Origin: Lentisphaerota bacterium
Lineage (GTDB): Bacteria; Verrucomicrobiota; Kiritimatiellia; UBA8416; JAUUYL01
Assembly (NCBI GenBank): GCA_030590485.1
Contig: JAUUYL010000003.1
Coordinates: 6,977-70,976 of the forward strand
Length of the DNA stretch: 64,000 bases
Direction: 5' to 3'
Part shown: positions 18,964-28,418 of the stretch, in pieces
Numbering within the stretch: position 1 is the stretch's first letter
Layout: each line of letters begins with the position of its first letter
Position numbers and translations under genes: made by a program
Notes under the pieces: generated by a model
What the model saw: only the letters and a program-made list of their open reading frames with translations
Databases searched by the model: none
Told to the model about the DNA's origin: nothing

Positions 18964-19927
18964 TATAGCCTTCGGGATGTGCCTGATGCCATTTCCACGC
19001 GCTTTCAATTATATCGCTAAGTTCCGGTATACGCGGCTTCCAACCAAGTACCTCACGCGCCTTATCAGCCGCCGCTATCAATGTGTCCGGGTCGCCAGGC
19101 CTGCGGTCAGATATATCCGCCGTAATATTTACACCCGTGACTTCCCTGGCCGTCTCAACCACCTGTTTCACCGAATACCCGCTTCCGTTACCCAGGTTGA
19201 ACGGCCCGGAGAAATCCGACTCAATTGCCAGAATATGAGCCTGCGCCAAGTCGACAATATGTATATAATCACGCACACACGTTCCATCAGGTGTATTATA
19301 ATCATCCCCACATATAAAGACCTTTTCGCGCTGACCGAGCGCCACCTGCAGAACTATAGGAATAATGTGAGTCTCAGGATCGTGATCCTCGCCAAATTTC
19401 TCTGTCGCACCGCATGCATTAAAGTAGCGAAGAAATATCGTCTGCATTCCATGAAGATCATGATACCACTGCAATATCTTTTCGAAAGTCAATTTAGAAT
19501 CACCATATGGATTTGTCGGTTTCTGCGGCAGATCTTCGCTTATCGGAACTCTCTCCGGAACTCCATAAGTTGCACAAGTCGAGGAGAACACAATCTTTTT
19601 CACGCCAACGGTATGCATTGCTTCCGCCAGATTGATACCGCCTATAACATTGTTCCTGAAATATATTTCAGGCTGCGACATTGATTCCGGGACCAGTGCA
19701 TATGCGGCAAAATGCATTACTGCATCCGGCTTGCTCTGGCTCATAGCCGACAAGATACTTTCCTTGTCTCGCAGGTCACCCTCGACAACTGTAGCGCGCT
19801 CATCAACGGCACTTCTGTGACCTCGTTCGAAATTATCGAAAATGATTACCTCATGCCCGGAATCAAGCATTAGCTCGCTAGTAACACTTCCGATGTATCC
19901 AGCACCACCTGTAACCAATATCTTCAT
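18956..19927 (-). CDS. galE: UDP-glucose 4-epimerase
   Basis: The N-terminus MKILVTGGAGYIGS is an SDR-type Rossmann motif, with a YxxxK active site and GalE-like sequence throughout (323 aa). Confidence 0.9.
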   Translation of the reverse strand: MKILVTGGAGYIGSVTSELMLDSGHEVIIFDNFERGHRSAVDERATVVEGDLRDKESILSAMSQSKPDAVMHFAAYALVPESMSQPEIYFRNNVIGGINLAEAMHTVGVKKIVFSSTCATYGVPERVPISEDLPQKPTNPYGDSKLTFEKILQWYHDLHGMQTIFLRYFNACGATEKFGEDHDPETHIIPIVLQVALGQREKVFICGDDYNTPDGTCVRDYIHIVDLAQAHILAIESDFSGPFNLGNGSGYSVKQVVETAREVTGVNITADISDRRPGDPDTLIAAADKAREVLGWKPRIPELSDIIESAWKWHQAHPEGYND

Positions 19928-20071
19928 ACTCTAACTTACCCTTCTTCCTGTCTCCCGGCCGCATCGTATATGCATGTATCTTAACCGCCTTTTTGTACGG
20001 CATGACAGGAAGCCAAAAAACGTGGGAGCCTGGCTCGGTATCCTTTGTTACCGCAGCAACTGTCATGACAA

Positions 20072-20623
20072 TTAATCCTTCTTTTCCTTCTCCACTAGTT
20101 TTAACACCTCTTTGGTGATGTCGATACTGCCTTTATTATAGATCAATGCCGATACATCTATAACCATGCTATACCCCTTCTTTTTGGAGTGCCCGGCTAC
20201 TATCTCGCTCAAATTTTCAAATATACGCTTCTGCAAACGTCTCTTCTCGTCGCCTATCTGCTGTTGTCTCAACTTGAGTCTTTCCATGATGTCCTGGCGA
20301 TACAGCCTGAATGCCATCACTTCCTCCTCAACTTCTTTTTTCTTCTTCGCAGCCATCTCATCGCTTAAAGCGTCGTCCTCACTCTGCATGACAAGCTTCT
20401 GAATAGCCTCTTGTTTCTCTTCGAGCCTTTTCATCATATCATTCTTCTCTGCTTCAAACTCTTCGACCTGATCCTTCAGGATAGCCCCGGAAGATTCTGT
20501 CCCAGGATATGCCTTGACAAGCGCAGACATATCGACCACCACAATCTCTCCCTGGTTCTGTTCTTTAGCAACCACAGAGATTGCCATCATCATTACACAT
20601 ATTATTATAATATTTCTTTTCAT
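20072..20623 (-). CDS. skp: Skp/OmpH-family periplasmic chaperone
   Basis: It has a signal peptide and a long Lys/Glu-rich coiled-coil, and lies immediately downstream of bamA. The start was set at ATG 20623. Confidence 0.7.
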   Translation of the reverse strand: MKRNIIIICVMMMAISVVAKEQNQGEIVVVDMSALVKAYPGTESSGAILKDQVEEFEAEKNDMMKRLEEKQEAIQKLVMQSEDDALSDEMAAKKKKEVEEEVMAFRLYRQDIMERLKLRQQQIGDEKRRLQKRIFENLSEIVAGHSKKKGYSMVIDVSALIYNKGSIDITKEVLKLVEKEKKD

Positions 20624-20678
20624 TTGGTTTCCTTGTTTGCAACTCCCTGTTCCGTCATATGTCACGATGGCTTCCGGC

Positions 20679-23012
20679 CTAAAAATCATGACCTATCCAA
20701 ATTGCCCACTTATCCTCGTTAGTAATTTCGTGATCCTTCTCAAGCACCCAGGCGCGATCCAGCCGAATCGGAAATCCCGGCATATCCAGACGCAACCCCG
20801 TCCCCACACTTGAGGCTAAATTATGCCCGCTAAATTCGTATACGTCACGCCAAACATTGCCTATATCATAAAATAATGCAACCCTGACCCCCGGAACAAC
20901 CGGTACTGTATAGCTGGCGCTACCGTACAAAAGGGTATTTCCGCCATAAGCCTTGTAAAGACCCTCGCTGGAGTGGGGCTCAGGCAAGACTTTTGGACCG
21001 ATGTCCCTATAATCGAACCCGCGTATTGTACGGCCACCGCCCAGAAACAAGCGCTCAGAATAAGGGACTTCATCTGTATTACCAAAGGTATCTACCACCT
21101 CACATCTGCCACGCAAACTGAAGACATGCCCGAACCACAGTGGGAAAAACTGGGCAGCCTTGACACCAAGCGTATATATATCCGCATCAAAACCTAAAGG
21201 GCCGCCTGACAAAGAACCATGGATGCTCGCCCTCATACCCTTTGTTGGTGCAAAGGGATTATTGCACGTATTATGAATGATGCTTATGCTCAGCGTGCTC
21301 TGAACCCTGGCCTCTTCAATAAAATCGGCTTCCTCACCTGATTCGATGAAATAATATGTGTTTGTGTCCGTGATGCTGCTCACCTTCTCAAGCTCATAGC
21401 GAAATCTTATACGGTTAGGCCCGGGAAGTTTTTTCGCCAGACTGATTGCGCCGCCGGTTCGCTCTACCTCATAATCACTGGAGCTCACCTCGGTCCTGTA
21501 CAGATCTACACCCAGGGACAGTTTTCTATCAAAGAACCACGGTTCCACAAACGACACTTCGTATATCTCACGCTCGGATCCAAATTGCGCCCTGAGTTTC
21601 AGCTTCTGTCCGCCACCGGTAGGGTGACGCCAATTGGTGATATCGAAGTTACCCTGCGAAAGTTCCAGAAACCCCATGATTTTGTCTATGCTCGAAAAGC
21701 CCGCACCCATCATAAGGTTGCCGGTCGGCTTCTCCTCAACATCCAGCACGAGATCTTTATAATCAGCCAAGGGTGTCGACAAAGGTCTAACGCGAACGCT
21801 GGAAAAGAAACCCAGATTGGAGCAGATCAGCCGGCTCCGGCGAACCTTAACCTCATTATAAATATCCCCGGGATACACCAGAAGTTCACGCCTGATAACC
21901 TTGTCCTTTGTTCGTGTGTTACCTTCAATCTTTATATTCCTGATCCTGATGAGCGCGCCTTCTGTAATCTGATAGTTAATATCCACGACACCCGACTTGC
22001 TGTCCGGCTCCAACACGAGGCGCACATCGGTATTGATGTATCCCCTTCCTCCATAGTAATCCCTGAGTACCATTTGGAACTGATCCATTCTGGCTGATGC
22101 AGCAATGCCGCCTTTCTTCAAAAACATCAGACTTGTCAGGTCTTCTTCAGGAAAGAGTGTTATCCCGTCGATAGAAATATCGCCGATTCTGTACTGGTCG
22201 CCTTCGACAACAGACACCTGCACCTGCAATTCCCGATCATCCGTGCTCAAGATGGGTTTATTAACCACAACATCCATAAAACCTGCGTTAAGATAATAGT
22301 CTCTGATGGTAACTTGCATCATATCAAGCTCATCGCTTGTGTATTTCTTTTTGCGAAACAGCCATCTCGGATCCCACCAGGACCTCCTCTTAATAATTGA
22401 CCGCAGATCACCTGTTGAGACTTGATTGTTACCCTCAATCACGACGTGTTTGACCTTTAAACGCTTTCCCTCATCTACATCGAGAACCACCCTTGCGAAG
22501 CCATGATCATGATCCGTCTCGATTATGTCCCACTTGAGTTTGCAGTCGGAGAAATAGTCTACCCCGTATTCTGTGACAACATTTTGACCCCGAACCTGGA
22601 GGATCTGCATATCCACAAGATCGCCCGGGTAGAGACTCAACATTTCGCGCAGCCGTTTCTCGCCAAAGTGCTTACTTCCTCTGACTTCAATAGCCTGCGC
22701 CAGCCTGAATTTATTACGAACCGAATAGGTCAACCGCAAACCATCATCCATCGGCTCAATCTCGACAAGAACATCTGTAAACCTGCCTGTTGCGAGAAGT
22801 TTCTTGATGTCCTGCGCAATCAGATTTCTGTCAAGAGCGGCATCAATGCCTGACCCTATATGTGCCACAACATAGCTATCATCAACTTTGCCGGCGCCGA
22901 GATTAACAACCTGTAATTCACGAACAAGCGGTGCTTCAGGGTTCTGAGCAAACCCCACGAATGGAAGAAGAATTAAAAAAAAACACACTAATAGAGATCT
23001 GAAATACATCAT
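20679..23012 (-). CDS. bamA: outer membrane protein assembly factor BamA
   Basis: The 777-aa ORF has a signal peptide, repeated POTRA-like modules, a C-terminal Omp85 beta-barrel ending in an aromatic residue (...IWIGHDF) and a downstream skp gene. Confidence 0.9.
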   Translation of the reverse strand: MMYFRSLLVCFFLILLPFVGFAQNPEAPLVRELQVVNLGAGKVDDSYVVAHIGSGIDAALDRNLIAQDIKKLLATGRFTDVLVEIEPMDDGLRLTYSVRNKFRLAQAIEVRGSKHFGEKRLREMLSLYPGDLVDMQILQVRGQNVVTEYGVDYFSDCKLKWDIIETDHDHGFARVVLDVDEGKRLKVKHVVIEGNNQVSTGDLRSIIKRRSWWDPRWLFRKKKYTSDELDMMQVTIRDYYLNAGFMDVVVNKPILSTDDRELQVQVSVVEGDQYRIGDISIDGITLFPEEDLTSLMFLKKGGIAASARMDQFQMVLRDYYGGRGYINTDVRLVLEPDSKSGVVDINYQITEGALIRIRNIKIEGNTRTKDKVIRRELLVYPGDIYNEVKVRRSRLICSNLGFFSSVRVRPLSTPLADYKDLVLDVEEKPTGNLMMGAGFSSIDKIMGFLELSQGNFDITNWRHPTGGGQKLKLRAQFGSEREIYEVSFVEPWFFDRKLSLGVDLYRTEVSSSDYEVERTGGAISLAKKLPGPNRIRFRYELEKVSSITDTNTYYFIESGEEADFIEEARVQSTLSISIIHNTCNNPFAPTKGMRASIHGSLSGGPLGFDADIYTLGVKAAQFFPLWFGHVFSLRGRCEVVDTFGNTDEVPYSERLFLGGGRTIRGFDYRDIGPKVLPEPHSSEGLYKAYGGNTLLYGSASYTVPVVPGVRVALFYDIGNVWRDVYEFSGHNLASSVGTGLRLDMPGFPIRLDRAWVLEKDHEITNEDKWAIWIGHDF

Positions 23013-24523
23013 TCAATACCCGCATCCATGTCTCCCGGAAGACTACCATCATCTTCCTCGACCTCGGACAAGCCCATCTCCTCAACAACTTGAGGCTGCA
23101 CCATCTCTTCGACTACACCACCTGGCTCAAGCCCATCAACACCATGTGCCCTGTCCCTGAATCGGGTATAATCTTCTTCAAAGTTCAATCGGACTTCCCC
23201 TGTGGGTCCATTTCTCTGTTTAACAATATCTACTATCGCCAGGGATCTATCTTCGGACTCTTCATCATCAGGGTATTTACATGGTCGCCTCAACATGCAG
23301 ACTACATCAGCGTCCTGCTCGATGGCGCCCGAGTCACGAAGATCCGAGAGCTTGGGTTTGCCGAGCTTGTCTCTTTGCTCTGGAGCCCTGCTGAGCTGAC
23401 TGAGCACCAGCACTGGAACCTTGAGCTCTTTCGCCATGGCTTTCAGATTAGCTGATATGTTCGCGGTCTCTATTTGTCTGCCCTGCCTGGCATATTCACT
23501 TGAATGCAGTAACTGGAGGTAATCCACAACAATAAGCTGAACATCCTGCTTCTTGTGCATTCTTCGCGCACGAGCGCGCAGTTCCATTATGTCGAGCCCA
23601 CCAGCGTCATCAAGAAATATAGGCGCTTTTGTCAAAAGGGATGCCGCCTGCATCAACTTGCCATGGATAGTCTGCGAAACGTAGCCGCGGGCAAGTCTAA
23701 AAGATGACACGCCCGCATGCGAACAAAGCATTCTCATGACAAGTGCTTCCTGCGACATTTCCAGGCTGAAGATCCCCACAGCTCTTGGAGTCGAATCATC
23801 GACTGCACCGAGTGCAACATTTTCTGCAATATTCATCGCCAGCGATGTCTTACCCATAGACGGCCTCGCAGCCAGAACTATCATTTCACCTGCCCGGAGA
23901 CCCTGCGCAACCTTATCAATGTTCTTGAATCCCGTCGGAATCCCCGACATGACTTTAGCTCCATTAAAAACGTTTTCGATATTCTGCATCGTGTCCTTGA
24001 CCGCACCAGACCATGACAGCATCGAGCCATGTTGTCCCTCGGAAATATCAAGGAAGCTCTGTTCGAGATGGCTCAGAATCGTATCAGCGCCCTCCAGCGA
24101 ATCGTAACAGGCGTTCTCTGCGGCATGCGAGCAAGTGATGATTTTTCGGAGCAGGAATTTCTGCCTCACGATATCGATATAATACTCTGCATGTGCAGCC
24201 GTGGGTGTAGAATCGACAAGCCTATCCAGATATGTCGCCCCGCCGATTTTCTCGAGTATTCCGGTTGAGGTCAGATGCTCAGCAACCGTAAGCACATCTA
24301 TAACGTTACCCGCGAGAAACATATCTCTCAGGGCACCATACAGAAGATTGTGAGTGGGGACGTGAAAGGACTCTGGTAATATCTGGTTTTCAATACAGAT
24401 ATCAACGACCCTGGTCGGGTCTAGAAGAATCGAGCCAAGAACACCTCTCTCCGCCTCCTCACTATAAGGAGGAATTCTGCCTATTCGTGTAGCAGAAGGC
24501 ACAGACAAAGATTCCTGAGACAT
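23009..24523 (-). CDS. dnaB: replicative DNA helicase DnaB with acidic C-terminal extension
   Basis: The DnaB N-domain reads PPYSEEAERGVLGSILLDP. It has Walker A GKTSLAMNIAENVA and RecA-like fold motifs. An acidic tail of about 45 aa (EEMVQPQVVEEMGLSEVEEDDGS...) is present. It overlaps the bamA start by 4 nt. Confidence 0.95.
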   Translation of the reverse strand: MSQESLSVPSATRIGRIPPYSEEAERGVLGSILLDPTRVVDICIENQILPESFHVPTHNLLYGALRDMFLAGNVIDVLTVAEHLTSTGILEKIGGATYLDRLVDSTPTAAHAEYYIDIVRQKFLLRKIITCSHAAENACYDSLEGADTILSHLEQSFLDISEGQHGSMLSWSGAVKDTMQNIENVFNGAKVMSGIPTGFKNIDKVAQGLRAGEMIVLAARPSMGKTSLAMNIAENVALGAVDDSTPRAVGIFSLEMSQEALVMRMLCSHAGVSSFRLARGYVSQTIHGKLMQAASLLTKAPIFLDDAGGLDIMELRARARRMHKKQDVQLIVVDYLQLLHSSEYARQGRQIETANISANLKAMAKELKVPVLVLSQLSRAPEQRDKLGKPKLSDLRDSGAIEQDADVVCMLRRPCKYPDDEESEDRSLAIVDIVKQRNGPTGEVRLNFEEDYTRFRDRAHGVDGLEPGGVVEEMVQPQVVEEMGLSEVEEDDGSLPGDMDAGIE

Positions 24524-24526
24524 CTA

Positions 24527-24976
24527 TTATTCCTCAACAACCCATACCTTTATGGTTGCTTCTATTTCTTTGTCCAACTTGACAGCAATATCGAAAACGC
24601 CCAACTCTTTGATTGGATGCTCGAGCTGAAGACTGTTTTTCTCCAGTTCGACGCCCTGCACCTTGAGTGCTTCAAGAATATCCTTGGCAGCTACAGATCC
24701 ATACATCTTGTCTTCATCATCTGTTTTAACAGGAATGGTACAAGATACTCCAGAAAGCTTCTCTGCCTGCTTGCGAGCTGCCTCCATCTGCGCGGCGCGC
24801 TCAATCTCGCGTTTTTCCTGGATCTTCCCCAATTGCCTCTTAGTCACGTCGCTTACAGCGGCACCCTTCTTTCTTGGGAACAAGAAATTTCTCGCGTACC
24901 CATCGGCAACTGTGACAATGTCACCCTCTTCTCCCAAATCCTTAACGTCAGCCATTAAAAGAACTTCAGTAGTCAT
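24527..24976 (-). CDS. rplI: 50S ribosomal protein L9
   Basis: The 149-aa ORF begins with the L9 N-terminus (MTTEVLLMADVKDLGEEGDIVTVADGYARNFLFP). Confidence 0.9.
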   Translation of the reverse strand: MTTEVLLMADVKDLGEEGDIVTVADGYARNFLFPRKKGAAVSDVTKRQLGKIQEKREIERAAQMEAARKQAEKLSGVSCTIPVKTDDEDKMYGSVAAKDILEALKVQGVELEKNSLQLEHPIKELGVFDIAVKLDKEIEATIKVWVVEE

Positions 24977-24988
24977 AATAACAATCCT

Positions 24989-25237
24989 TTACTGCAATAA
25001 ACCCATAGTGCGTGCACGACGGATACCGTGCTTGATCTGTCGCTGCTGTTTGGCAGAAGCTCCAGTCATGCGAGCGGGAATAATCTTCCCGTGCTCAGTC
25101 ACAAATTTCCTGAGAAAATCATGATCCGTTATATCTATATCCGTTACTCCTTCGAGGAAGCGAGAGCGTTTTTTAACTTCGTCTTCCTGGCCTCTTCTCT
25201 TGTTGTTCGTTCTCTTTTTTGGTGGTCTTTTTGGCAT
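24989..25237 (-). CDS. rpsR: 30S ribosomal protein S18
   Basis: The S18 C-terminal motif reads GKIIPARMTGASAKQQRQIKHGIRRARTMGLL, with a basic N-terminus. Confidence 0.85.
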   Translation of the reverse strand: MPKRPPKKRTNNKRRGQEDEVKKRSRFLEGVTDIDITDHDFLRKFVTEHGKIIPARMTGASAKQQRQIKHGIRRARTMGLLQ

Positions 25238-25260
25238 TTCTATTCAACCTCTCATTTCAA

Positions 25261-25728
25261 CTAAAAGGGAAGATTATCGTCATCTCCCGTACTATTAACA
25301 TCTGGTTCGTTTGCCGGCATCATCGGCTCCTGCTCTGGCTCTCCAGCCGCTTCTTGTTTTTGCGCTGGCACGCCACCGTCTTGAATTTCACCTTTTTTAG
25401 GAGAGCCCAAAAACTGAACACGATCAGCCCTAACCCTGAGCTTACTCCTGTTCTCGCCCTCTTTATTCTGCCATTTATCAAGCTGGAGCCGCCCTTCAAC
25501 AAGCAAGGAAGAACCTTTAGAAAGATACTCTCCGCAAGTCTCAGCCTGCCTTGCCCATACTATCACATCGACAAAACACGTGTTCTCCACCTGCTCGCCA
25601 TCTTTGTTCTTGAAAGTCTCATTTATCGCCATTGATAAGTCCGCCACGGCAGTTCCGGACGGAATATAGCGCACTTCAGGATCTTTGGTAAGATTCCCTA
25701 TTAACATGACTTTGTTATAATTAGGCAT
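25261..25728 (-). CDS. ssb: single-stranded DNA-binding protein
   Basis: It has an OB-fold N-terminus (NKVMLIGNLTKDPEVRY) and an acidic C-terminal tip DDDNLPF. The start was set at ATG 25728. Confidence 0.9.
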   Translation of the reverse strand: MPNYNKVMLIGNLTKDPEVRYIPSGTAVADLSMAINETFKNKDGEQVENTCFVDVIVWARQAETCGEYLSKGSSLLVEGRLQLDKWQNKEGENRSKLRVRADRVQFLGSPKKGEIQDGGVPAQKQEAAGEPEQEPMMPANEPDVNSTGDDDNLPF

Positions 25729-26065
25729 CTTCCTTAACCCTCTCTTTCCTGGGTGGCTCCGATACCTTGGCAACAAAGGTGCTTGGGCGTGTAATCTGAA
25801 CCCTGAAAACTTCTTCGTTCAATGTAAAGCGAGCGTTCAGCGCATCTACCTTCGCAGGCTCGAATTCGAATTTTATTTTGACATAAATTCCATCATTCTT
25901 TTTATTCATCGGTCTGGCAAATGTATGTTTACCCACGACCTTACTGTCGCCGCTTGTTCCGCCCAACTTTTCTATCTCTACCTTTACTCGGCCAAGCGCC
26001 TTCTGAAGCCCCTCTTCGCTCATCGAACTCTCAAAAATGATCATCGCATCATATTTATTCAACAT
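25721..26065 (-). CDS. rpsF: 30S ribosomal protein S6
   Basis: The S6 N-terminus reads MLNKYDAMIIFES. It sits in the conserved rpsF-ssb-rpsR-rplI order, and the start was set at ATG 26065. Confidence 0.85.
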   Translation of the reverse strand: MLNKYDAMIIFESSMSEEGLQKALGRVKVEIEKLGGTSGDSKVVGKHTFARPMNKKNDGIYVKIKFEFEPAKVDALNARFTLNEEVFRVQITRPSTFVAKVSEPPRKERVKEDA

Positions 26066-26633
26066 CCTGTCTCCCATTATATATATTCATTGTCTCTTCC
26101 ACACTTGATTCAAGCAGGTGCAAAACCGATTGCGCAGACGTTGCCACAATCTTTTCAGCTAACCCTTTTTCCTTCACCGAAAACCGCCGCAAGACATGAT
26201 CCTCAAGACCTTGTCCTTCCCGTCCCTTGCCGACCCCGACACGAACACGGGCAAACTCCTTTGTCCCTAAATGCTGAACAAGCGAGTTAATACCCCTATG
26301 TCCAGCGCTTCCACCGCCGACTCGCACCCGAAGAACCCCGAGTTCAAGATCAGCATCATCCGAAACAACCACAATTCCAGAAGGATCCACCTTCTGATAC
26401 CTTACTACCGACCCAACAGCCTCTCCGCTGTTGTTCATATAAGTCTGCGGCTTTAGCAGCAAAACCTTTTCGCCGTTCCAGATTGTCTTTCCCAAACAAG
26501 CATTGAACCGCAAGCTTTTCTTCAGAGCGCAGGACATTATGTCCGCGAGCTCATCAATAACCGCAAACCCAATGTTATGCGGCGTCCGCTCGTACTTCCG
26601 GCCCGGATTCCCAAGGCCAACAATAATCTTCAA
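26055..26633 (-). CDS. pth: peptidyl-tRNA hydrolase
   Basis: The Pth N-terminus reads MKIIVGLGNPGRKYERTPHNIGF, and the 192-aa length fits. Confidence 0.9.
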   Translation of the reverse strand: MKIIVGLGNPGRKYERTPHNIGFAVIDELADIMSCALKKSLRFNACLGKTIWNGEKVLLLKPQTYMNNSGEAVGSVVRYQKVDPSGIVVVSDDADLELGVLRVRVGGGSAGHRGINSLVQHLGTKEFARVRVGVGKGREGQGLEDHVLRRFSVKEKGLAEKIVATSAQSVLHLLESSVEETMNIYNGRQDVE

Positions 26634-26662
26634 AACGATCCTCTTCCCGACTTATCCTCCGA

Positions 26663-27352
26663 CTAGCTATCGCCCTCAGACTTATCAGCATCAGCTTTAT
26701 CGCCTTCAGCGCCTTCAGCTTTATCGCCTTCAGCGCCTTCTGCACCTTCTTCGCCCTCGATGCCTTCAGCGTCATCTGGCTCCTCTTCGACTCTTGGAGC
26801 CGCCACAGCGACCACCGCCACACCTTCTGCGGTAATAATCGTCAATTTCGAATCAATAACAATATCTTTGACCAATATTGAGTCGCCTACATCCAACGCG
26901 GATACGTCAAGCTCCAAAGTCTCAACAAGATCCGTGGGCAGGCACTCGACTTCTATCTCTCTGACTAGCTGCTCCATGATGCCGCCGCTTTGCGTTACAC
27001 CAACAGGTTCGCCTTTCAGTTCAACGCCAATTCGGAATGTCATCTTGTCGGTCATGGATATTTCCATGAAATCAACATGAAGGACATCGCCCGACACAGG
27101 GTGGTGCTGGATGTCCTTGAGAAGCGTCTTTCTGACCCTACCCTTGCCAACTTCCAAATCAAGAATCAAATGCTCACTCTTATGCTGCTTTAAAAGCATC
27201 TCAAAATCGTGCCTGTTAAATTGGATGCATTCCGTGTTGGTCTTGGAATCATAAATAATCCCGGGAATCACACCTTTCCGTCTCATATTACGCGCTAAAG
27301 CTGTACCAGTCCCCACACGTGATTCGGCAACCAGTTTTGTTTCATCAGACAT
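26663..27352 (-). CDS. rplY: 50S ribosomal protein L25 / general stress protein Ctc, with repetitive acidic tail
   Basis: The L25/Ctc N-domain reads RVGTGTALARNMRRKGVIPGIIY. The C-terminal tail (AEGAEGDK)n is encoded by a tandem 24-bp DNA repeat at about 26690-26760. Confidence 0.85.
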   Translation of the reverse strand: MSDETKLVAESRVGTGTALARNMRRKGVIPGIIYDSKTNTECIQFNRHDFEMLLKQHKSEHLILDLEVGKGRVRKTLLKDIQHHPVSGDVLHVDFMEISMTDKMTFRIGVELKGEPVGVTQSGGIMEQLVREIEVECLPTDLVETLELDVSALDVGDSILVKDIVIDSKLTIITAEGVAVVAVAAPRVEEEPDDAEGIEGEEGAEGAEGDKAEGAEGDKADADKSEGDS

Positions 27353-27383
27353 TTCCTTCTCCCTTTACTGTAATAAGAACAGT

Positions 27384-28313
27384 TTACTGCAACCTGAACA
27401 AAGAGGTTACCGATCTGTTCTCGTGTATTCTCATTATAGCTTCGCCCAACAGTTCTGCCACCGAAAGCACTTTTACGGGGAAGTCTGAGGCCTCCTCGAA
27501 CGGCACTGAATCAGTAACAACCATTTCTGTTATTGGCGACTTTTTCAATCGCTCTAAACCCAAACTCGTAATACAGGCGTGACTGACAGCAGCATATATG
27601 TCTTCAGCCCCCTTCTCTTTCAAAAGAGCTGCTGCTGTACAGAGTGTGCCTGCCGTTGTCGTGAGATCATCCACCAGCAATGCCGTCTTACCTTTGACTT
27701 CACCAACAAGTGTAGACGCCTCGACTTCCGTCGCGCTCTTTCTTTCCTTGGCAACAACGGCTAATCCGCATTGCAGCATTTCAGCGTATGCCTGGGCGAC
27801 CTTGACTCCGCCGGTATCCGGAGCTACCACGACGGGATTAGCAAAATTCTTTTCCTTCATATGTTTCACAAAGATTGGGAACGCATAAAGGTGATCGACT
27901 GGTATATCGAAGAAGCCTTGAATCTGCTGAGCATGCAAGTCCATGGTTAATACGCGGTCGGCGCCCGCGGCCACTAGAAGATTAGCGACCAGCTTGGCCG
28001 TAATAGGAACCCTTGGCTGGTCTTTGCGATCCTGACGAGCGTACCCGTAAAAAGGCATGACCGCCGTGATGCGCGCTGCAGATGCCCGCTTCATGGCATC
28101 AATCATTATAAGAAGCTCCATGAGGTTTTCGTTTGGCGGCTGACAAGTCGGCTGCAGAATAAAAACATCCCTACCGCGAATATTTTCTTTAATTTTTACA
28201 AAAATCTCGCCATCGGGGAAATGGGTGATTTCCACCTCGCCAAGAGTTTCGTGCAGAAAGTCTGCAATCTTCCCAGCCAATACCGGATTAGCATTTCCAG
28301 TAAACAACTTCAT
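27384..28313 (-). CDS. prs: ribose-phosphate pyrophosphokinase
   Basis: The N-terminus MKLFTGNANPVLAGKIADFL is typical of Prs. It has a PRPP-binding motif (VLVDDLTTTAGT), and the 309-aa length fits. Confidence 0.95.
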   Translation of the reverse strand: MKLFTGNANPVLAGKIADFLHETLGEVEITHFPDGEIFVKIKENIRGRDVFILQPTCQPPNENLMELLIMIDAMKRASAARITAVMPFYGYARQDRKDQPRVPITAKLVANLLVAAGADRVLTMDLHAQQIQGFFDIPVDHLYAFPIFVKHMKEKNFANPVVVAPDTGGVKVAQAYAEMLQCGLAVVAKERKSATEVEASTLVGEVKGKTALLVDDLTTTAGTLCTAAALLKEKGAEDIYAAVSHACITSLGLERLKKSPITEMVVTDSVPFEEASDFPVKVLSVAELLGEAIMRIHENRSVTSLFRLQ

Positions 28314-28341
28314 AATTTTTTCCTTCTTCTACGTTAAACCG

Positions 28342-28415
28342 TGGTTGCCCGACCAGGATTTGAACCCGGACAAGCAGTACCAAAAACTGCTGTGCTACCA
28401 TTACACCATCGGGCA
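28342..28415 (-). tRNA. tRNA-Gln (anticodon TTG), CCA encoded
   Basis: The reverse complement gives a 74-nt cloverleaf: acceptor TGCCCGA/TCGGGCA (U1:A72 as in E. coli tRNA-Gln), anticodon stem GCAGT/ACTGC with loop TTTTGGT, T-arm CCGGGTTCAAATCCTGG, discriminator A and CCA. It lies between prs and ispE, as in many bacteria. Confidence 0.85.
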
Positions 28416-28418
28416 ACA

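Noticed and set aside
18656-19684. 342-aa plus-strand ORF
   Set aside because: It is antisense to cinA and galE, and it is Arg/Ile-rich with no motifs.
19878-20066. 62-aa minus-strand ORF between skp and galE
   Set aside because: It overlaps the galE start, has no motif, and is more likely galE leader or promoter sequence.
21585-22097. 170-aa plus-strand ORF
   Set aside because: It is antisense to bamA.
26690-26760. Tandem repeats that could be mistaken for a CRISPR or VNTR array
   Set aside because: The repeats are in-frame coding sequence of the rplY acidic tail, with no spacers.
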